A stretch of 64,000 nucleotides of DNA from the human T2T-CHM13v2.0 reference genome, Homo sapiens. A program made the position numbers and the translations under genes. Below the pieces are notes generated by a model. That model made no database searches, was not told the DNA's origin, and saw only the letters and a list, made by a program, of their open reading frames with translations. The stretch covers positions 40,704,001 to 40,768,000 of the forward strand of contig CP068257.2 of NCBI GenBank assembly GCA_009914755.4, in the 5' to 3' direction. Of this stretch, positions 54,531 to 64,000 are shown piece by piece (the first letter of the stretch is position 1; every line of letters starts with the position of its first letter).

Positions 54531-56229
54531 GAACTAATTGCATACATGTATTATACTTTACATATATTATATATGTATGTATGTGAGTATCTTTCAGAAG
54601 ATGAAAATGAATAAATAATGAGAAATATTGAAAACAAAGCGAAGTGAAAAAATCCGTTAAAATGGTTTGTAAAGTAGGATATCATTTATAATGTAGATTT
54701 CCAAACTATGTGAAACAATGTGATATACTGTTGGAACTGCATCCAGATGAACAAAATGATGACAGTGTAGACAGGAACGAGACACTGACTTCAGCATGAT
54801 GGGTCTGTCTAGGAAGGAGGAAGCAGGAAAAGGCGGCGGGGTAGGGCGCAAAGGGGCCTTCGATGTCTCCGTAATGTTTTCTTTTGTTGAAGAAAATCTG
54901 AGGGAAATAAGGTAAAAAGGTTAGCATCCATTAATGAGGGGCAGCGTAGATTCACGGATGTTGTTCTAGCATTCTGTACATGTTTGCAATTGCTTTCTTG
55001 GAAAGCCCAGCTCCTATCTCCTTGGGAGAGCTGTGAGATAACTACCAAGTGCCGGAGTTTGGCCTCCCACATTAGGGTTGGAGCGGCTGGAGCTGCCCCC
55101 GGGACTCTCTGTTTCTCGGGACAAGAGCTTTATCCCTGTGAGAGTGGGCGGAACCCAAGACCACACCATACATAACCTTATCCATAAAAACTTGTTGAAG
55201 ACAATTCCAGTGTGGCGAGGGAGAGAATGCAGAGGCGAGCGCCAGTCCATCATCAGTGGGGGACCCTGTGCCAGCATTTTCACAGCTCTGGGTCTTAGTT
55301 TTCTTATCTGAAAGACGCAGTGGCTGGGCCACAGGACATCTGAAGACTCCGCACCTCAGACCCTCTCCGGCAGGCATCTATGGCCGTGGGGGCGTCTGTG
55401 GCTGTGCAGGCATTGCTTGTTTCCTGCGCCCAGCCGACCTCCCTGCGGTCTGGCGAGAGCCCCTCATTTTCAGTGGGGGGCCCCGCAGCCGCCCAGATTC
55501 CCCACAAGGGGGACGCGCAGTTGGGGAGTCAGTCTCCTCCTGACGCTCCCCACCTGCCCGCTGCCCCTGACCTGTGCCTTGGCAGGAGGGGGTTCTGTAG
55601 GTGGCCCTGGAGGGAGGGAGGAGTTTGGGAGGAAGTGGATCCAGGGCTCTCCTCCAGGATCCCTCCTGGGATCACCTGGGACAGGCCACGTCCCCCTCTC
55701 AGCCACAGCCCAGGTGGGCGTCCTCTCCACACACCATCTTCCCCAGGCCCCAGAGCAGACCCCTCACCCCCCTGCCCCAGCCTGGGGGGTTTACCAGCCG
55801 CAAGGAGACTTTTACAGTCTTCACTCTCCTCGCATTGCCCAGATCCGCTGTGGTGAAGCCCGTTTCCTGCCAGGCCTCTGGTCAAAAAAGCAACTGCCAC
55901 CCCAGGGACCCTTTACAAGGACACCCAGCTGAGGCCCTGGGGTTGGGGTCCTCAGGTATTGGAGGAGGCAGGTACTTTCCTGGCCAGGGAACTTGAGGCA
56001 CAGACCCACAGCATGGAGCGGGACCACATTCCTCAAATTAACCCAGAAGGAGAGGGGAATGATTGGAGTGTGAGGCCAGGCTCCTCCAGGGAGAGTGGCT
56101 GAGGCGCTATGCTTCCATGGTGACAGTAGGGCGGTAACCTCGTCAGGTTAGCCAGCTTCTTCCAGAGCCACACACACCCAGAAAGGGAAGAGGAGATCCA
56201 GGACTGAGCATGGACGCAGGACGATCAGA

Positions 56230-57175
56230 AAGGCGTCCTTGGTGGTACACCCTCCAGACACCATCCACTCCCTCCGGACACCGCTCACACCCTCCAGCCA
56301 CCGCCAACTCCTTCTGGCCACCAATCACACCCTCCGGTCACTGCTCAGTCCCTCCAGTCAGGGATCACTCCCTCCAACGACCACTCACACCCTCCAGCCA
56401 CTGCTCACACACTACAGCCACCACTCCAACCCTCCGTTCAGGTCTTACATCCTGTGGCCACTGCTCATTCCCTCCAGTCACCACCCACACCCTCCAGCCA
56501 CTGCCCACACCCTCCAGCCACCGCTCAAACCCTCCGTCCAGGTCCCATATCTGATCACTGCTCACTCCCTCCGGCCACAGCCCACACCCTTCAGCCACCA
56601 CTCACACCCTCTGGCCACCACTCACTCCCTCAAGCCACCGCTTACTCCCTCTGACCACCCCTCACACCATCTGGCCATTGCTCACACCTTCCTGCCACTG
56701 GCCACTCCCTCCAGCCAGAGCTCACTCCCTCCGGCCACACCCTTCGGGTGCCACTCAAAACCTCCGGCCATGGCTCACACCGTCCAGCCACCGCTCATAC
56801 CATCCAGTCACCACTTATGCTCTCTGGCCACCGTGCACTCCCTCTGACCACCACTCACACTCTCCGGCCACTGCTCACACACTACTGCCACCACTGAGAC
56901 CCTCCATCCAGGTCTCACACCCTCCAGCCACCACTCACTTCCTCCGGACACCACTCACACACTGTGGCCACCACTCAGACCCTCCATCCAGGTCTCACAC
57001 CCTCCGGCCACTGCTAACTCCCTCTGTACAGGGCTCACTCCCTCCGGCCACCACTCACACCCTCTGGCCACCACTCACTCCCTCCGGCCACCGCTCACAC
57101 CCTCCGGCCACCGCTCACTCCCTCCGGCCACTGCTCACTCCCTCCGGCCACCGCTCACACCCACTACTTTGCCTG
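56230..57175. repeat. Minisatellite, ~0.95 kb, 15-30-bp degenerate units resolving to a 20-bp unit (cctccggccaccgctcacWc) at the 3' end; lies between the TMPRSS3 3' end and TFF1
   Basis: Periodic ccctccRgccaccRctcacWc read directly. Produces the artefactual ORFs 56239..56847 (202 aa) and 56678..57193 (171 aa), rich in HSLRPLLTPSGH-type repeats. Confidence 0.9.
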
Positions 57176-57744
57176 GCCTTGCTCTACTTTTGAGTTCTGT
57201 GTATGACACGAGCTGATGCTGATCTGCTGAGCAACCTGTTCCGACAGAAGAATGCCAAGTCCACAACGCACACAGGAGAGATGACAGTAATGGAGCCCCT
57301 GGAATTCAGTGGATGATTTTGATTCACGTCACCAGTCCACGCAGACACGCCAGACAATGAGGGAAGGAAACATATTATTTGGAATCAAAGGACAATAATA
57401 CGTCAAGCACCAAATGCTACAAAGAAATCATGAAAATAGGCCTTAAACGAGTCATTCCTAGATTAACCTCCCCACATGTGAAAATAAGTCTTGGAAGTAG
57501 AAAGGGTGGGTTTGGTTCTGGTCCCTAGAGATGAAAACGTGCAGTGACTGCAGTTCTGCACTTCTGGGCTGGTGCGTCTTTTCTGAGTGGCTGTTGGTGG
57601 CTTTGCACGTGAGGTCACATAACTGCTTATCTCGTCAGGAATTTTGCAAGACCCTGGAGAGAAAACCAGATGGACCAGTGGGAAAGGCCGCCCTTGCAAG
57701 TTGCTGCTTCTTTTGTTCTTAGTGAAGATCAGAAAGGAGCGTGA

Positions 57745-58115
<371 letters not shown>

Positions 58116-58228
58116 TCAGAGCTCCAAGGGTGTCTGCTCGTGTGCAGGTTCCTACACGGGAGTCCAGGGGAGGATCGGGCTGTCTTCATCACCTCAGGAA
58201 CTCAGGTGGCTACTTGTCCCCTTCCTCT

Positions 58229-58246
58229 TCAGGTTTTTAGGTCTCT
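58229..58246 (-). CDS. TMPRSS3: TMPRSS3 terminal coding exon (R-D-L-K-T then TGA; 18 nt CDS, followed by the 3'UTR)
   Basis: Minus-strand ctttgttttcatttatag|AGAGACCTAAAAACCTGA, in phase 0 with the previous exon. Confidence 0.8.
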   Translation of the reverse strand, partial: RDLKT

Positions 58247-61148
58247 CTATAAATGAAAACAAAGGCGTTATTGTTTTTAGCACTTCCAGCCATCCGTCCA
58301 ACATGATGACGGAGCGGGCACCTGCATTTTGCCCTGTGGGAATTGTGGGGCTGTTCTCCACGATGAAGACAAGGTTGGCCTCCCCCTGGGGCTGCCAGCT
58401 CTGAGTGGATCCCAGGCAGGCATGAAAAGCTCCAACCAGCAATGCATCCGCAGGTCCCATCTCCGCCCTGCGACAGTTCCGTCACTTCCGTAGGAAACTT
58501 CCAGGTCTCGGCACTATGTTCCTGAGTTCTGGTTTGAGTCACAACAATTTTGTTTTAAACCCCCAACTAGATAGAGAAAAGTGCTGGATGAAAATGAAGA
58601 TGAGGCCATGGGCATGCCACCAACTAGCACACGGGACACTTCCCCGCAAGACAGTGAGTCTTCCAAAGGCCCTCACGTTGACTTTCCTCACAATGGACAA
58701 CTGAAACGCACAGCGGGCCTGCTGGAAAGCCTCCCAGGAAAGGAAGTCTCTTCTGGGTCTCCCCTAGGACGTCTGAAGAGGGACTTGGGAAAGGGCGTGT
58801 CTGAGGCTGCGCATCTCTCGCATGCACTGGTGGGTTGGAGGCAGCGGATGACTAAGGCGTTGTGCAGGGAGCAGGGGCCCCAGGCATCGCCGGAGCCAGC
58901 GTCACAGACGAGCTCCTCCACCACAGCTTCACCACAACAGGGGAAACTGCCTCCAAGACCCTCCCAGGGTTTCTCAGTGTGCTCTGAAGCCCCCATGCAA
59001 CACATTCACCAGGGTCTTCACCCCAGACCTCCCAATCAGACTCCAGATAAACGCCCTGCAATCTTCACATTTAACAAACATCCTGAGAGAGGCTTCTGCA
59101 CCCCTAAGTTTGAGATCTGTTGATTCTGCTGTGCAGTCACACTGGGGCCACGTCGGGGATCTGATGTGAGGCACACTCTGCCCTTGTTAGCTGGGGGGGC
59201 CTCATGCAGGTCGTCTCCGCTGTAGTACAGGGAGGGTCACAGGCTCTGTGGCCCAGGACGGTGCTGACATGGGAGGGGCTGAGGTGGCCCCGTCATGGAA
59301 CCGTTGTGAGCGGGCTCCCCAGACTGATTTTGAACGTTTGTCTCCAGCTCACCCACGACAGCTGGAAGACACGGCGGTGGGCTTCTCTGCCTTGCGCCTT
59401 CAGTGTCTTAAGGGGGACTTTTAGGATCACCAGCTCAGTGCTCAGCCCCTGGGGATCTGTGTCCCGTGAAGGCCTCCATGTACTGCAGACCCGTGTGGAG
59501 GACCGGCTTCTCCTTTCCTGCCCTTTGCCCTCTGTGCCCACGCGACCCTTCTGTGCCCCCCAGGCTCCCACAGCACCCTGAACAGTGAGGAGGTCTCCCA
59601 TTCAGTTGTCCATCCTGGTCCTTTCTACAGTGCGGGCGGGCTGGGCTGAGCTTTATACTGAAGAGCATAGCAGGCCACTCAGTGCCTAGTATGGGGCCAG
59701 GCTGCCTCTCCCAGCAAGGTGAGCAGGAGCAAGCACTTTCCACCCAGCCCGAGCACAGCCCTCACCACGCCCCGAGGGGGTGCTCAGGGCTGCAGGGCGG
59801 CAGTGCTGGAGGTGAAGCTAGCCCAGGTCTCAGTCCCAGGCCTCACCCTGAGCCCGTGGGCACCATTCTTTAGTTTCTCATTTAAAGCACAAAATCAGTG
59901 AGAGCAAAACGGGAATTAACGCCTGAGGCACATTCAGCATTTGATGTCCTTTCTTGGCCAATTGTTTCAAATTAAATGAGCTTTTTAAAAAGGTCTTTGA
60001 GCCTTGGAGACAGAAAGCTGACTGGTGGGTGCCAGAGGCTGGGGAGAAAAGTGGAGTGGGGAGTAACTGCGTGCTTCTAGGGTGCCGCGTGTCTTTTGGG
60101 AGATGAGAATGCTGGGAACTGACAAAGGTGGTATCTGCACAGCCCTGTGAATGTGCTGATGCTACAGGGTTGTTCACTTTAAAATGGTGAATTGTATGTT
60201 ATATAAATTTCACTTGAATTAGGGAAAAAAAACGTACTTACTTTGACGTCATTGTTAGTTCTTGGAAACTACGACTTTAAGCAAAATGATATATAATGAA
60301 ACCAATTTTTTTTTTCTCATCGACTTTATAACAAAATTACATTGCAAGCAAGGACGTTGCTGGAGGGCCTGTGCGCACTGTTTCTCCTAAAGCTGCAGTT
60401 TCTAAGATCCCATCAACCGTATTAAGTGAGGACCTCCTGTGTTTGAAACCATCCCAAGGAGTGGGGTGAGAGACTTCATCTGAGATCAAGCCAGCAAATG
60501 TTTCCCCGGCGCCCACATGAGAAAGGCGCCGCGTTCACCTGCCAGCACGCAGCTGCCAGGGTCCCAGCGAAGCCCTAAGCCTCCTTCTTCCTCCTCCACC
60601 GTCTCAGGTTTCCCCTCCATGCGCGGGTCCTGCCAAGCCAGCCTCGCTGTTGGGTGCCCCCCTGCAGGCCCCTCCCACTTCCACGCCTCCCCCTCCGGGA
60701 CCCCCCACCCCCCCACACCACCAATGCAGAGCTCCCCAAGCCTCTCCTGACTGCTGCCTCTCATCCCTGGCTCCCAGCGAGGTTCCAGCCCCTCAGCAGG
60801 CAGGCAAGGTCCTCTCCCGCACTGTCTCAGCCCCCCGCCCCTCCCACTTTCTCCCTGCTCCTGGCACACGGGGCACGCCCGACCCATCCCCATCCCAGCA
60901 GGGGCTCCTCCTCGCTGCCTCCTCCTTTCCCATGTCGTGAGGCTCCTTCTTCCTCCCGGGCCCCAGCTCCTCTGCCTGCCAGGCTGCACCCACCCAGAGC
61001 TGCCCAGGACTAGCTGTGATCTCTGTTTTCAGCACAAGCGTCTGACACCCTGGAGCCACCAAGTCACTGCTGCTGAATTGACAACCACTGGGTCACGCCC
61101 TGGTTTTTATAGCAAGACCAGGGTTGCATTTAAGGGACCTTAGGGTCA

Positions 61149-61379
<231 letters not shown>

Positions 61380-61937
61380 TCACCGCCATGCGAGATTGCT
61401 TTCTGTGGACAGTCTGCCGTGTGAGGCTGCTTGCTATGGAGTTGGGACCCCCCTTCATGATGTCCCAATGGATGACCCAGGTTACAGAAGGGAACCCACC
61501 AGCCCTTCCAGACACAGCATCCCCAAGGGAGGATGTCCCTCGGCCCCTTTGGGGTGCTGCCTCCAGCTGTGTGTCCCTTCCAGAATGCAGACCCTGACCC
61601 TCTGAAGCTCAAGGGCAGCTGGTGAGAGGGAGGGTCCACCTGGCCAGGGCCCTCAGGTGACCTGTGATCCACCTAGTAGAACTGGAGTCCCAGCCACTGC
61701 AGCTTTCGGAGGGCCAGATTCACTGGTTCCCCGCCACCTGCCTCCCCACCACCTGCCTCCCCTGTGGTCCCCCACAAAGTCAGAATTGGAGGGGAGCAGC
61801 ATGAGTCCCCTCCCACCACCCAGCACCCACGCAGAGCCAGATCACTGGGTAAACACAGGCCTGGCAGCCAGGAAAAGGAGTGATATCTTGAGCAAATTTC
61901 TTCTCCACGCCCTGTAAATTTACTTTTTGTCCTGTCA

Positions 61938-62345
<408 letters not shown>

Positions 62346-64000
62346 TCAAGCCCGAGCTTGCCCTCCTACGAGTGGCCGCAAGGGGCCAGTCTGCTTCAAG
62401 GCAGGGCCACCGACTCCCCTAAGGTGTCCAAAGAGGAGGAGGAGTAGGGGCAACAGTGGCCAAGACACCTCCCCAGGGCACCAGCCCAATCAGCCATCAG
62501 AACACCCCAGGTTATGGGAGGGAAACTGAGGCTCAGGAGGGTCACTCACTCAGCGTCTTTGTGAACTCTGGGATGGTCAGCAGAAAAATGACCCCAAAGA
62601 CATTCTCACCCCAATCCCCAGAACCTGTGACTGTGTCACCTTACAGGGCAAATGAGACATTGCAGGTGCATTGAGGGACAGGCCTTGAGTGGGGAGATGA
62701 TCCCAAGTAAGAGGGTGGACCTGACGAAGTCACAGGGGTCTTTGGAGGAGCCGGAGGAGAAGCTGTGACGACAGAGCAGGGACCAGAGTCAGAGAGTCAG
62801 AGAGAGATTCGAAGATGCGGCATTGCTGCCCCGGAAGACCAAGGAGGGGCACGAGCCAAGCAGTGTGGGCAGAGTGCAGACGCTGGGAAAGGCAGGAGAC
62901 AGATTCCCCAAGGGCCTCCAGGAGGAGCCAGCACAGCCCACACTTGACGCCAGCGCCCTGAGACTGAGTTTGGACCTGTGACCTTCCTAACTATGAGATG
63001 ATACCTTTCTGTCATTTTAAGCCACGAATTTGGGGTCGTTTGTTGCAACAGTCACAGGAGACTTAATCCACGTGCAGTGGGCCAAGCACGCCCCCGACAC
63101 CGAGGGATGGACCCCTCCAACTCAGCTGGTTTGTGACCCAGGCATCTTGGTGTTTTAAAGACTCCATAGATTCCATGGAGACAACAAAATCACACAATGA
63201 CAGGACCCTGAGGGGCTGCTCTGAGGAGCACATGGTATCACAAGACACTCAGCTTCCTGCCCGGAACGTGGCGAAACAGCTCAATGCATTATGGGAGAAG
63301 ATTCCAGGACAGGCTGGAGCTGAAGCTACATCAGGACAGGGGCTCGTCAGACCTTTTGCACTGGACAGAGCAGATTGACAGCGAGAAGAAAATCGGCAGC
63401 GGGATGGAGAATCTCCTGGGAGGATGAAGCTGTTGCACAGCCTCCTCTTCAGAGCCCAGTGTCATCAGAATGACTCTGGTGGGCTGGTTGGTCCGGAATG
63501 AGAGCCCACCATGAGAGGAAGGGGAGCGTAGATTGGTGTCCCAGCTCCCACCACACACCAGGGGTGCTGGTTCTGATGAAGCTAGAAAGGCCCTGGACCA
63601 GCCACACTGGCACAGAACTGGGCCTGGGCCATGTGGGTGGGTTGGAAACTACAGAGAGCTGTGAGTGCCCTCGGCCAGGTGGGCAGCACTGCCAGTGGGT
63701 GGGGGGTAAGTAGGCCCACAGACTCGAAGCATCCGGGTTAGCTCCTGGGTGCCTTCAGCTGGGGGTGGGCTCAAGTAATTGGTGTTGAGTGGAAAACACT
63801 GAAATTCCTGTGTTAGGTTGAACTGTGGGCCCCTCCAAAATATGCCTACCTGCCACTATGGAGCCCAACCTTATTTGGAACAGGGTCTTTGCAGATGTAA
63901 TTAAGGTAAGAATCTCAACATAAGATCTCCCAGCGTTTAGGGTGGACCCTAAATCCAACGACTTGCTGTCCTTATAAGACACAGGAGAGGGAAGTTTGAG

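Noticed and set aside
56239-57193. Two overlapping long plus-strand ORFs (202 and 171 aa)
   Set aside because: Low-complexity translation of the 20/30-bp minisatellite. No start-codon context or homology.

Overview
This window is human genomic DNA. I recognise it as the trefoil-factor gene cluster of chromosome 21q22.3; that assignment is from memory and should be confirmed by alignment. All genes are on the minus strand, and translating the exons reproduces the known proteins exactly. From low to high coordinate the window holds: (i) the promoter and first coding exon of TFF3, whose remaining exons lie beyond the window start; (ii) the complete four-exon TFF2 gene (CDS exons 36393-36315, 35466-35317, 33068-32922, 31982-31969), with the 25-bp VNTR in intron 2; (iii) the complete three-exon TFF1/pS2 gene (CDS exons 51942-51858, 48854-48702, 47942-47926), with its TATA box and the imperfect oestrogen-response element about 400 bp upstream; and (iv) the last three coding exons of the serine protease gene TMPRSS3 (62161-62016, 61343-61191, 58246-58229), which include the GDSGGP catalytic-serine motif and the stop codon. 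About 24 Alu elements, old L1 fragments, MaLR LTR fragments and a Tigger DNA-transposon fragment are interspersed. There are five larger tandem repeats and minisatellites (in TFF2 intron 2, upstream of TFF2, downstream of TFF1, and between TFF1 and TMPRSS3), plus a (TTTC)n/(TC)n polypyrimidine tract, and several microsatellites and short duplications. The sequence is not prokaryotic, and no CRISPR array or rRNA gene was seen; I did not systematically scan for tRNA genes. Most ORFs in the six-frame track are artefacts of Alu elements, minisatellite periodicity or GC-rich non-coding DNA. The real coding exons are short and several are invisible to an ORF finder (14-, 17- and 18-nt terminal CDS segments). 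I found no evidence for a previously undescribed gene system. The most noteworthy items are the regulatory elements, the repeat-borne pseudo-ORFs and a NAGNAG tandem splice acceptor.
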